A stretch of 64,000 bases of DNA from NCBI GenBank assembly GCA_010405405.1, contig MU004232.1, positions 887,481-951,480 of the forward strand, written 5' to 3'. The notes beneath the pieces are model-generated. The model saw only the letters and a program-made list of their open reading frames with translations. It was not told the DNA's origin and searched no databases. The stretch is from Microthyrium microscopicum (taxonomy: Eukaryota). Below, piece by piece: positions 38,471-50,217 of the stretch (its first letter is position 1; each line of letters opens with the position of its first letter). Both the position numbers and the translations under genes were made by a program.

Positions 38471-39771
38471 CTACGGAGATGGACTCGGCCCATTGCTGGT
38501 AATGAATTGTAGTTGTTTTGTTTTTGGTTCTGCTCCAGTGAATTGTGATTGACTTGTTTTTGGCTCTGAAGCCCGTAGTCTCCTCTTCTTGGTTTTTCGA
38601 TCTTCCTTCTGCGGGCGTGCAAAGTTCTGCTTGCATGACTTGTTCCAATGGCTAATAAATATTAGCCGAGTATCGCATAGTTGGAAGTGACCCTTCTTAC
38701 CGTCTCAGTGTGTCTTTACGTGGGAATTTCTGCCCACACAGCTCACAATTGAACTTCTTTTCGGGCGCGTGTTTCTGGTCACTTCATTAGCAGAAGTACA
38801 GCGTGATCAAGCACTGAACTTACCGATGACTGATGGCGAGTCAGGTCTGCTGTGCGATGGAAAGCTTCACCGCATCCGCAAACAAAGTCGCGCTCCTTCT
38901 TGGGCTGTTTGCTGCAGGACATCAACTGGTGTTGCTGCAAATTATGCTTTCTACTAAAGCGAACGAGACAGTCGGGGCATTGGGGACGTTCGCTGGGTAG
39001 TGTGTCCTTAGGCACCCTTTGCCGAACCCTTCTTGTATTTTCTTCCATGATGCGGTACTTCTGGGCAAACTCATCACCTTCGGGATGATTCAGCTCCGGT
39101 AGACTAGAAGGCCGTGGAGAAAATGCTTCTAGCTTGACCTCGGGCTCCTGTTTCTCGATGGATGGGTAAAGGTTGTGTGATGGTAATATCGGAGAGCTGA
39201 CGGTCGACAAGACCGCCGAATGAGTGCTTTGAGCTCGTGGGAACATGGGCATCGAATTTAAGGGTGGAGTGGGTGCCACAGAGTACCAGGGAAAGTCCAT
39301 TATTGAAGTTGCGGGTGTAGCTGTTAGCGATGGTTTGATGTCGACCAAAGTACCATGAACACTTTCAGGAGTGTCACATCGAGTAGAAACAGTTGTGCCA
39401 GGCGAGTATTGTAGGCCAGGGACTCCTTCAAGGCCAAAGGCGTTCTGCTGAAGCCCCATCGCAGGACTTCCCATGACATTGGACGGTTGATAGGGAGACG
39501 ACGTCCAGGTTGTTTGGTCTCCTATTGAGCCGGATCCTATATCGTCTTGCCACAATAACCCGTGATTTTGAAATATAGTGTCCCCGGAGGTTTGAAAGAG
39601 GCTTTCGAGAAAACTATCCGTTGTGTGCGGTGCCATAGGTCTCAACAAAGGCGACTCGTTCAGTGATAAACCGAGACCCGCAGATGTCACTGCAAGTAAT
39701 AGACTTGTCGCATCAGTCGTTGTACATATTTCAGAGTGGTCCTCTTCTTGACAAGAGAAAGGAGTATTCAT
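38471..39771 (-). CDS. C2H2-type zinc-finger transcription factor (3 fingers), 3 exons
   Basis: CPDCLVRFSRKHNLQQHQLMSC; FVCGCGEAFHRTADLTRHQSS|KH; FNCELCGQKFPRKDTLR|RHWNKSC after splicing two short introns; Ser/Pro-rich N-terminus; stop at 38471. Confidence 0.88.
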
Positions 39772-41166
39772 TTTAGTGGTAAATGTAACCCAACGATAGT
39801 CAGGTACTCAACAAGGGGTACAATATAGCAATGAGGGGGCGCAAATGATGAAAGCGAGTGTGTATGCAAGACAGTGGGAGGGATGGAAGGTCGTTTAAGT
39901 CCTAAGAGGCCATGCAAATAAAAGAAGTGGAGGAAGTGGAGGGCAGAAATGGGCTTGCGGTATATAATCAGGTTCAAGATCAAAGGATTACCAGGTATAA
40001 GGGTGACGGCACAGTATATAGAGCCATGAGAGACGGAATGAGTGGTTAGGAAGAGTGTAGACAGTGCCTCGAAGTACCGAGTGGCACACAAGGCAGAATT
40101 ATGGCTTTTGCGGCAAGTACCTGAGCAAAACGCGACCCCAGGAACCATCATAGACTGGGATATTGTAGAGAAGCCAGAGTTTGGCCCAGGCTGCGCCTAC
40201 GTTCAGACAGGCCAGATGGTACCAGAAGGAAAAGCCTCCATCCGCCTTTCCCTCCATAGTCCCAAACGATATTCCCGCCTTCGCCATGAAGCCCGAAAGG
40301 GATTAGTGCATGTGGCTTCATGCACGGGTGAGAGCGCGCCAAATTGAAGCGCCAAAAGGATATCAGTCCGTCCCATCCCTGAAATTTCCAAATTGGCCGG
40401 ATGTCCAACAGTGAACTAGTTGGCTCTCTATGGCTGTCTGTGGCCCTAGTGTCGACAGTTTCAGCGAGCCTGGCCGAGTCTCTCTCTCCAATCTTTCACA
40501 CTATGAGCACTTCGAGGCTCCTGTAACCTGTTCTCATAATGCATCCCAGCGGATAGTCTGTACATCTGCATACTTGTCGCCTCCTATCACAGCCTGCTTA
40601 ATTTGTTGCTACTCCCTCTGCTCGGGGCGTCGTTGTCGATTGTACAGCGGTTCGTCTACATTGCGCGATCCTACAGCAACTTGTGAAGCAAATGAACTGC
40701 CTGCTTGTCCAGGCAGAAGAACCGAAACATGCTAAACATCAAGTTGCCTTTATGCTTTATGACTCTGGCTGGCATCACACTGCTGCGGGGTTAGGCTGCC
40801 CCCGTTGCTTCCCGCCCGTCCGGTACCCGTCAATCAAACTGTACACTGACTTGAGCAGTGCTCAGGATGCCCGTCCTTTACAGTTAATCAATTTACAGTC
40901 ATCACCTTACGGGGAATTGGTCCCGCGGTGACAGACTATACGGAGTACAGAAAGCAATAACTGTAAGATGCTAGCATACAGGTTCTTCCTCGTCCGGACT
41001 GCACTAATGCCGAGTACGCTAAGCAGTTCGATGCACGTTCAAATGACTGCGTTGTCACTGTGGTTAAGATTAGACGCGCTTTGCAGATGGTGACACTATA
41101 ACAGCTCTGGTTGGAACCAAATTGAGACAGTGGTTTTCATTTGTCCTTGCGAATTCCCAACTCTTG

Positions 41167-44100
41167 CTAGCTCTCACTTTCTTGACCCGTGATGTTTCCG
41201 TTTTGCTGTTCTGATAGCTTGTCTGTTAGCTGATCAACCTTGACCATGAGTTTCATGACAAGCGCCTTCAGATCTTCGTGGTCACTGGATATTGGACGAG
41301 TTCGCGCTTCTTCCTGAAATGCACTTGTTGACTCTCTGCCAAGCTCGACCGAGGCTTGACTTCGCGAAGCTCCTGGTTGCCGTGGGGTTCGCAATGTTAC
41401 CGGGCCATTTTTTTTGTTCAAGGTTAAAGAGGTAGTCGAGGGTCCTCTCAATGATGAACTAGTCACTGAATGACGTCCTCTGTTTTTTGCATCGATATAA
41501 CCGGCCAGACCTTCGTAAGCCCAGATGGCGCCAACAAATGGAGAATGAGTCACTTTCAAGAGGACAATTCTGGCCTTTCGAAGATGTTCTGTGGCGATTA
41601 GCAGTCGGAGTGGCCGTAAAAACAATGGAACGAGGTTCTATATTTTCCGGTCAGTGCGGAACCCATCAACTGAAGGCTGAGTTCTGCAAAATGCAAAGTG
41701 AATATGCTAGCTCTAGTAAATCTAGGAAACTAGATTTAAGCGCCCGATGTAGGCATCATGCAGCCAAAGCCCTGCTAATAAGGATTGAAGGAGCAACTGA
41801 GTGGCTGCTGGCTTTCGAATTTCTGTGCTAGGGCGGCTAGGTGGAGAAAAAGCAAAAAAAGCAACAAATGCACGCGACTTTTGCGACACAAGTTCACAAC
41901 GGTCCTTAGCGCATGCAGTATAGCCACAAATAGTCGAAACAAAACGGGAAAAAATTGTCGCACTTACCAGAGGTGGGAGATAATATGTGAGACGGTTGGA
42001 TGTCGAGGCTTCTAGTACGTAGACAGAATAGCTGGTCTGTTGGTATTTTCTCAAGCTTTTGTTAGAAAGGCAGACTTACATGAAAAGATACTCTTCTCGA
42101 GCATGTTCCAAGATCTGGCTATTGGTTAGCAAGGAAACCTGAATTTGGATTCACGCCAGCCGCTGCGCTTCAACGCATTGGCTGATATGAGGCACTTACT
42201 TTAGCCAGGCTTGTAGACAACAAGCTGATTAAGGATGTAATCAGGAGTATATTCGTCAAACATACGAAGATTAACTGTACAAGTCAGCATTTTCCCAACC
42301 AGCGCAGAAGGAAGCGTGAGCAGATTACCATCAGGGGCCAGCCCAGCAACGGGCTTCTGTTGTTGGCAGTGGTCAGTAGCAGTCAAAATCAGTTCACGGT
42401 GGGGTCCGCAGAATCGGCCAATAACGAATTACGGACAAAAGCTTACATGTCCTGGGCGACTTCCTATCAAAGTCAGCTCACGGAATCAAAGCTTAGATGA
42501 AATTACAGGGTGTGGCAACGTACAAAACCTAGATATGACGATCTAGACGGGGTTAGCTTTCGGATCGTTTCCGGTCAATGGATTTAGAGCACTAACCCGA
42601 AGAACACTTTGATCAGAATAACGGTCATTTGTCGAGCCGTGAAATTGTCTCGAGCCAGAAGCGTAAATGTCGTAAGAAACCCTGCATATAGTAATTAGCC
42701 CTTCCTTTGCGCCGTCAGTTGCTGCAAACTATACCGAGATATAGGATAAGAACCAGGCTCAGAAATTTCACAAAGTCTTTTGTCTAAGCGCGAATTAATT
42801 ACATTCTTGTGTTCAAGTTCGGCAAGGGCGATCTACCATTTCTCGAAGACATGGTATCTGAAAAGGGTCAGTGTTCATTATCTTCACTCAACAGGGGTAG
42901 TACCAAAGTCCCGAAGTAGGAATTCAAGCTCAATATCGAGAATATCCTAGTCAACTAATTAGCAGCGTATAAAACCTCGGCGCAACTTTTTATCGAGGAA
43001 AAAAGAAAAAAAAGGCAGGCTGTGTCTCGAAAGCAGCTAGCTCATGAATCCATCGGTGGATGGATCGCGTGGTTCTTCCTGAATCCTCCTCAGCTTACCT
43101 GGGAACTAGAAACAGCGCTGCGAGTGAGAGCACGTCGAATGAGGTCCCAATAATTTCATCAGACTGTTTTGCAAGCCCTAGGATTCCTGTCTCCTGGTTA
43201 GTAGAGATGGAATAATAATCCTCATACCCTTATTGTTCAATCCGACACTATGAAGATCTATAGCTGACAATTTTGAAGGTTTGCCTCGAGATAGCTGCAA
43301 TTTCTGTGCCACATTCGCAGGATGGATTGAACAATAACAACTTACTAAGGATGAAGAATGCAAGGCCAATTATGACCGTGCCCAAATCCCATAGACTCCA
43401 AAAGTCGGTGGAATAAAAGGCTTGTCCCGCATCGCGATATTCTCCAACTAAGATGCTATCAGTCTTTAATATAATGATGTTGCAAGCGCAATCTTACATT
43501 CATCATATGCGAATCCAGCGATCCAGATGTAGAGGAGTATCTCTACCGGCGTGATCGAATGAAACGCCCTCGAACGGTCGTCCGATATCCCAGGAGTCTG
43601 GCCTGGCGCAGGGCCAGAAGGAGCAGAAGGAGGCCGTCGGCCACTTCGCTGAATCGGTACTAGAACAGCATAATAGAGAGCCAGGAACGACATGAAGAAG
43701 ACAGCCTCAAAGAACTTCAGGTACCGTGGCACCCTCAAGCGACAGAATGGATCCGCTTTCCTGGCCAATATTAATCTCAATTTCGAAACCCGATGAAAGA
43801 ACCATTGGTATGATGATGGGGATAGTGGGCAGAGTTTTACCGTTTGTTGTATACTTTGGCCTCTTTTATTGAATCAACGCTCATGGATTCCCAAAAGACA
43901 ATGTCACCTCGCCAGATTTTCTCGATGAGCTTTTGTACAACCCTCTGGCTCAAAAACTTTTTGGCCCCCGCAACCGTCGCAATTTCCAAGGCATTTAAAC
44001 GATCGAAATAGATGGCGAACTCCTTGTTACGTGCGTGGGTGGCCGTGTCAGCTTCCTCTTGCGTAGAGTTGAATAGATCCGAGACACTATCAAAGCGAAG

Positions 44101-44652
44101 AGAGATCGGACGAGGTCTGTTCTTCAAGCTTTGCGAGCCTGTTTGTCGATGTCCTGGGATGTATTGAGTAGGCTCTGGACTTCTACGCCGGTCCTGCTCG
44201 TGCGGAGTAGAAAGTAAGTGCTGCTCTTCATCATCGCCACGGAGGTTCGGTGTAGTGGTAGGATCATCCACTAAATTGAGTTCTTCCAAGAGGCAATCGA
44301 TAGCTTCCCATTCTGAGAGCTGAAGGACATAGCGCCAAGCAACAAATTCACAAGCATAACCCCTGGCTAGATTGACTCCCGGCTCGTCGTCGGTCTGCAT
44401 ATTAGGATAGTAACTTCGCAGAGCCAGGAGTGCTGCTACCACGTGCTTGTGCTGAACTTCGTCGGCTAAATGGTGAATCAGTTTGGTGAGCAGCTTGAAT
44501 CGAGTTTGTGATCGAAAGTCATCAAACACCGCTGGCGACGTGATGGCATCCTGGATGTATGTAGACAATTTCGCGATGATGTCAGGAAATGTATGCGAGC
44601 TGACGATACGTGGAAGATCCAGATCGACCTCTCCCATTGATGGCAAGGCCAT
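41167..44652 (-). CDS. YVC1-like TRP-type non-selective cation channel, ~15 exons
   Basis: RGYACEFVAW, LNALEIATVAGAKKFLSQRVVQKLIEKIWRGDIVFW, DPFCRLRVPRY, YFGTLIPCLREMTKDF, VFFGSSYLGF, TNILLITSLISLLS, HAREEYLF, YYLPPLNL, C-terminal coiled coil. All introns GT-AG. Confidence 0.88.
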
Positions 44653-44697
44653 TGTCGAACTTGATTGATGGTGTGAAGTCGCTTGAGGTCGGCTGGG

Positions 44698-44943
44698 TTG
44701 GCGATATGCGACGACGTTGGCGATATGCGACGACGTTGGAATTAGCTAGCGCGCTGAGACACTAGTTCCTGACAGTTCCTGTGAGCCACGCTCGTTTCCA
44801 CGCGTTAAATAAGCGATATGCGATACGGCAGCCGCGTCCACGAGTTCGCAGCCATGCCAAGCCGGGGCTGGGGCCATAACAAGCCGGGGCTGGAGCCATA
44901 GCAAGCCGGGGCTGGAGCCATAGCAACTAGCAAGCCGGGGCTG
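44698..44943. repeat. Two tandem repeat arrays upstream of the channel gene
   Basis: 19-bp ttggcgatatgcgacgacg x2 (44698-44738); 22-bp caagccggggctggRgccataR x3 plus a partial copy (44858-44943). Confidence 0.85.
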
Positions 44944-46286
44944 ACGCGCAAACGCTTCCAAGCGCTGATGCGTCGCTTGACAGTTCTAGGATACCTGGTT
45001 GACGGATGCACTATCATTGGTTGAATTTTCCCTACCTAATTCCTTCCAGTACTCTGTATTGAGTTTCTTTTGACAAGGCTTCAGCCTTGCTCTATAGCAC
45101 GGTTATCTCCTGTCCTACTTAACGCTCTTAGCAGACAATCAGAGAAGGAACGTTCATTTCCATAAATCATACACTTTCTTGATTTTATCCATAATCTTTT
45201 TTCTTGTACCCTGCAAGTGTCGAGTATTGGGAAAATCCGGAGTTCGGAACCAAACACGTCCCAGTTCCTCTCCGCCCCCAAACTTATCGAACTTCCTCAT
45301 CAAAAGTCAGGAAGAAATGATCGTCTATCGACGCGCTTATACATAAGCCGTGAAGTCTGCTTCATTGTTTCCCGATTTTCTTTACAGCACGGAATACAAG
45401 GACATGCATACGATGTCGATGCCTAGCCGCGCAAATCTTAAGAATCCATCCGCCAATCCACGCGATCAACCTGGTGATCCTCGAGATCCTTCATTGAATT
45501 TTACCATTAATTTTCTAATCAAGTAGGATTTTGCTTCATTTCACACCTTTATTCCTCCACAGAAATGAATTGCCTATCTATCTAGTCCGACCACCTGTTT
45601 TCAATAACACAAGTGACATTGCAAAGGATGGAGGTAGCATCAACTTTAGATTACTCGTCAGCTGGTGATGCTTACAGATTAAAGAGGCGCTGCGGGCAGT
45701 TTTCATAATCCTGCAGGTGCCGTGGTGATATTGGCAATTATCCATCTGCAATAGCTAACGGATGTCGTTAGAAGCTTCCATATGGCAACACGTGGGCCTA
45801 TCGTGGGGCGCTTCCCTTACTAACACATATACCCGTGGCGTGCCTTCCTCAACTGAACATCTAGCGCAAAGCTACGGAACGGACCCTTGCATGATCGGCT
45901 CTACCGTAAAGAATAAGGCAGTGGCGACGGCTTAATTCCCAACTACCTGCCATCAGACACAACTACAAAATAGAGAGCTTGCAGTTGAAATCTTGAAATC
46001 GAGAGGTATGGAAGTCAGTCTCTTGGTACCATCCTAATCGATGGGAATCCACTTAACAGCTCACTTCTTTTGTTCCCGAAGAGTCAATCTATATCAATTT
46101 GCCCTGAGCTCGAATTCACTTGTTCACAATATGCAGACTGATGACTCTTGAACTACAAGACGCAGTGTTGCGTTTGTGGGGTACCGTGGTGTCTGTAATT
46201 AGCAAAGACTAGTACTACATCGACCTATGTGCGATTACTATGTCCCTATTTTTGTCCTTGCCTGCCTATTTTGGATCTCAATTCTA

Positions 46287-48388
46287 TCAGGCACTGCTGG
46301 GGCTCCATCTCCCAAGCGCATAATCATTGATTAGCTTTATACCCTCGGCGCGGAATGTATCGTCCTCAGCATAACTTGTAACATTTGCATCAAAAACATA
46401 ATCCTTAGGCTTTGTCAAATCGTACTTGGGCCATAAAGCCTCAGTGCCATTCCACTTGCTTCTCCACGCATTTGGGTCTTGATCGTGGATAAAGCTCACC
46501 CAGTTCGAATTCATGAACTTGGATAGGGTGCTATAAGACGCGCTCTTGTCGGTAAATGGGTTGATAGAAACAGGAGGATACCCAATTCCTTGCAGATTGT
46601 AGAAAACGAACGCAATCTCCTGAAAGTGAGTGACTGCAGAGATTGGTTTGACTCCAGCTGGGATGGCATTAAATCTGTAGCAGTATGCGGAAAGACCTGC
46701 AGCAGCCCAGGTTTGACAAGTAAGTCTACGGCCGGCGATGAAAGCTTTGTCTCCATAATAGGAGCCAGCACGACGGAATTGGGCGCCAAAAGGAGCTCCG
46801 AGCTGCGCGCTTCCCAAGGAAGCCCCGACCTGAACAGTGTGATCGTTGGGATAGGCCTTGAGAAGTTGTTTGGCCAGCTCAGCAGGCAGAGCTGCGTTTC
46901 TCTCACTACCCTCTGTTGTCAGAGATTAGTATTGGTCCTAAAACCTTATTGAATTTAACTTACTGGCCAAACTATCGTAAAAGTCCTGCTCAGTGTTCAT
47001 GCCTCGAGGAGCAAAGTCAAGACCTTCATCAGAGTTCGCTAAATTGTATCAGCAATAGTTTTTTTCAGGCGCATCTAGAAGCTGCTTACCACCGGATATC
47101 ACTGGCACATGGACAAACTTCCCTGCAGGGAGCTGCTTGTTCAAGTCATTTGAAATGATATCTCCATCAGTTGCCGGCCCGAAATTGATCAAAACACTCC
47201 GCGTAGCGCCAGGCATGCCGGGAGGTGCTGATCCACTCCCTGGGAGGACTGTACCATTGATGATCTTGTTCATTTTCTCAGTTGACACAGTTCGGAGACA
47301 CTGCAAGCTCTCTGTTGAGTTTGAGCATCCCGCTTCCTTGGTCAGGAGGTTGTAAAGGTTCTGATATTTATCTCCAGAGGTTGAGCTCATCAAGGAGGGA
47401 TTTCCACTTTCCATTACCGCTCCTCGGAATAGTTTGTCATCACGACCACCATATGCAGTCAGATGTAAGCCCACTGAGCCAGCGCCAGCACTCTCGCCCC
47501 AGATTGTCACTTTGGTTGGATCGCCTAGCTTTGGTCAGTTTCAGGGGCGCAGCTGTCATGAAGACTACGAACCTCCGAAAGCAGCAATATTCTCTTGGAC
47601 CCAGTGCAAAGCCAATCGCTGATCACGAAGCCCAGCATTAGTGTTGCCGCTAGCGACAACCTCCTTGGAATTCAAGAATCCCCAAGCCGAAAGTCTGTAG
47701 TTGATGGAAACGGTGACGATTGGTTTGCCCATCTCAACGGCGTTTTTGATAGTCCAAGAAGTGTTATATCTTTGATCAACACCTCCACCAGCATTGAATC
47801 CGCCACCTAATCTTTCTTTTAGTGTCGATCTCAAATAACATCAAAGACACATACCATGGATCCAGAATGCAACAGGCAGCTTCTGGCCATCATAACCAGC
47901 TGGACGAACAATATTCAGATATAGACAATCCTAGCGATTGGATGAGAAATGGGATTTGAGGTTACATTTTTTTTCATACCTCAGAAACTTGATAGTTCCA
48001 TTGATCGCTCTGCGCAAAATCAGTGATTTTTCAAAGCTATACGACTTGTTTATAGTAACATACACTGTATCCAAAGCACTGGAATCTGTCGTCAGCAAAA
48101 TTCATAATCTTTGGTTCCAAAAACTCTTACCTCCGGAGAATACGCTTTCGCGGCATGCACTCCTGTCCAAGTCTTATTCAGCGACTGTGGTATTCGAAAT
48201 CTCAAATCACCAAGAGGTGGCTGCGCATACGGCACTCCCAAAAAGAAGTCCTGCTTATACTCGGCTGAATGCAAGCCCTCATATGTTCCATTCTTGACAG
48301 TCACAGTTGGCGCGCCAGCTGAGCCTGTAGGAGCGGCGACGATTCTGGTCGCGACCAACGCCAGCAATGAAATTCCTGAAGACCACAT
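46287..48388 (-). CDS. Secreted type-B carboxylesterase/lipase, multi-exon
   Basis: Signal peptide; FLGVPYAQPPLGDLRF; SE|DCLYLN; WIHG|GGF; NYRL; NAGLRDQRLAL; catalytic WGESAG; HFQE; includes 15- and 30-nt microexons. Confidence 0.93.
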
Positions 48389-49244
48389 TGTGATTTTGCG
48401 GTACAAAGTGAGAGGTTTTCAAGAACAGAAACCATGAAGACATTGTTGCAGTGAAGTTGCAATGTGAGTAATAAAGACCTCATCAAGAAATAAATTGACT
48501 ATAGACAAAGGCTACTAGTATTTAGTGCTTGAACGGGCTGAACGCTCGGATGTTGAGCCGCATGTCCAGACCTGAATCATATATAAGGGCATCGTTGCTA
48601 TAGGCCTTCATAAATATCTCGAGCTGGTACCTGAATTCTTGCTCGAGCCTAACACCAAATATATCAGTTTCCTGACAAGTCATAGAGTCCATATCTCGTC
48701 CTGAACTGAACGATTGAATGTGAAAGACGTTGAGTATGCTTGGAAGACTCTTCTAAGTTCTCTCCGTGATTAAATGTGCCACTAAGAGGAATCGCGGTAC
48801 ATCGTCATCGGATTTCCCGAAACACTTTGACTCTAGGACACGAGCCATGATCGTGGTTACTATAGGTCTAATACTATTTAGACTATAGGCATTATGGATT
48901 ATTGTGATATCTACCACCTAGCTGTTTATAGATATCAGTTTACCATCACTCACAAACTGTGATAATACCTCTGCTTCGAACATTACTTAAGTAGTTGCGC
49001 CTTGACAAAGACAAAGCCCTGAGCATCATGAGATGGCTGGCAAGTATGGATTTTGAGCTGCTCGAAAGATATTGAACGTTCAAAGCTCCGAAATAGCTGA
49101 GAGTAATTCATAACGATTCGTGTATCTTGATGTCCTTCATAAACAAAAATCCACATTAAGGGTTTGCGCTCCAAGTATCAGGACAAAAATTGCTCTGCTC
49201 CATTGAGTAATTCCATCCAGCAACACCAACCATACTGATAGCGA

Positions 49245-50217
49245 TCAAGCCATGTCCTTATGCTTCATCTCCTCCCTTATCTCCTCAACAGGTGAACTAG
49301 GCGAGTTAGGCTGCCCCTTAGCCTTACGACGTCTCGTAACTGCAGTGACACTCCAAACAACAGCATAAATAAAGGCCACAATGGAAAACAAAGTCGCAAA
49401 GATCGTCTGTCCATGCAGATAATCACCCTTCTCATTAACTCTCCCAATAATCCCATTAACTCCTCCCAAAAAGATCAACGCCCGTCCATAATTCGCATGC
49501 AGATACATCCACACCGTTCGACCTCCAGAATTCACATACCCTTCATGATGTAGCCAGCCTAGCATTGGCTGCAGTAGCATGAGCGCTGGAATTGCAACAC
49601 CCATGCGTGTGTGAACGGACGATGGGTACTTGTGCTCGAAGAGTTTGTCATCGTAGTTGGCGAACCAGATTCCAAGGGCCATTCCGGCGTACATGAGCAG
49701 CATGGCTAAAACTTGCATGGCTACGTGCACGCGTACGATGTAGCGGAAGTTGAATAGGCGCATCATTAGGGCGGCGAGGGGGTAGAAGCCGATGAAGGCA
49801 AGACCCATGGTCACGCCATGGGCGAGTCGAACGCGCGCTTTGAGTTTTTTGAAGGCAGGGGTTTGTTTAGCTTTGGGAATGGTGGAGCGTGGGAGTAATG
49901 GTGAGGACTGGATGGTAGATATAGAGTGCAATGGTTTCTTGGGAGAGCGGTTGAACAGGTCGGCTTTCGAGTCTGTTCTTGGACTCAGGGTGGAGAGTTC
50001 GATTTCTGAACGACGAACTTGTTGCTGGAGTCCATTGCTAAATTTGCCTGCGTCTGTGTTAGTATGGCGTTGTGTAAGGCGAAGCAACTGACTTACTCAG
50101 AGCAATGATAGCAAAGAGAAATGTTAACTCATACTCACTTCGTTCACAGTAAAATATGACTGTGCCAAAAATGAATGTGCCAAAATTGGAAGGACTCGAT
50201 AGACGATTTGATATCAT
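49245..50217 (-). CDS. Cytochrome b561 / ferric-reductase-like integral membrane protein
   Basis: Multiple TM helices with heme-ligand His pattern (AHGVTM, VHVAMQ, VHTRMG, WLHH, LHANYGR). A putative first exon from ATG 50217 joins in frame via an intron at ~50049-50096; start uncertain. Confidence 0.75.

Noticed and set aside
39768..40151. 127-aa upstream ORF whose stop overlaps the C2H2 factor ATG
   Set aside because: TATA-like elements (~39961, ~40015) and the CT-rich leader lie inside it, so its ATG is probably upstream of the TSS; product is not protein-like.
44858..44943. Repeat array as CRISPR-like
   Set aside because: Eukaryotic context; units are contiguous with no unique spacers, so it is a minisatellite.
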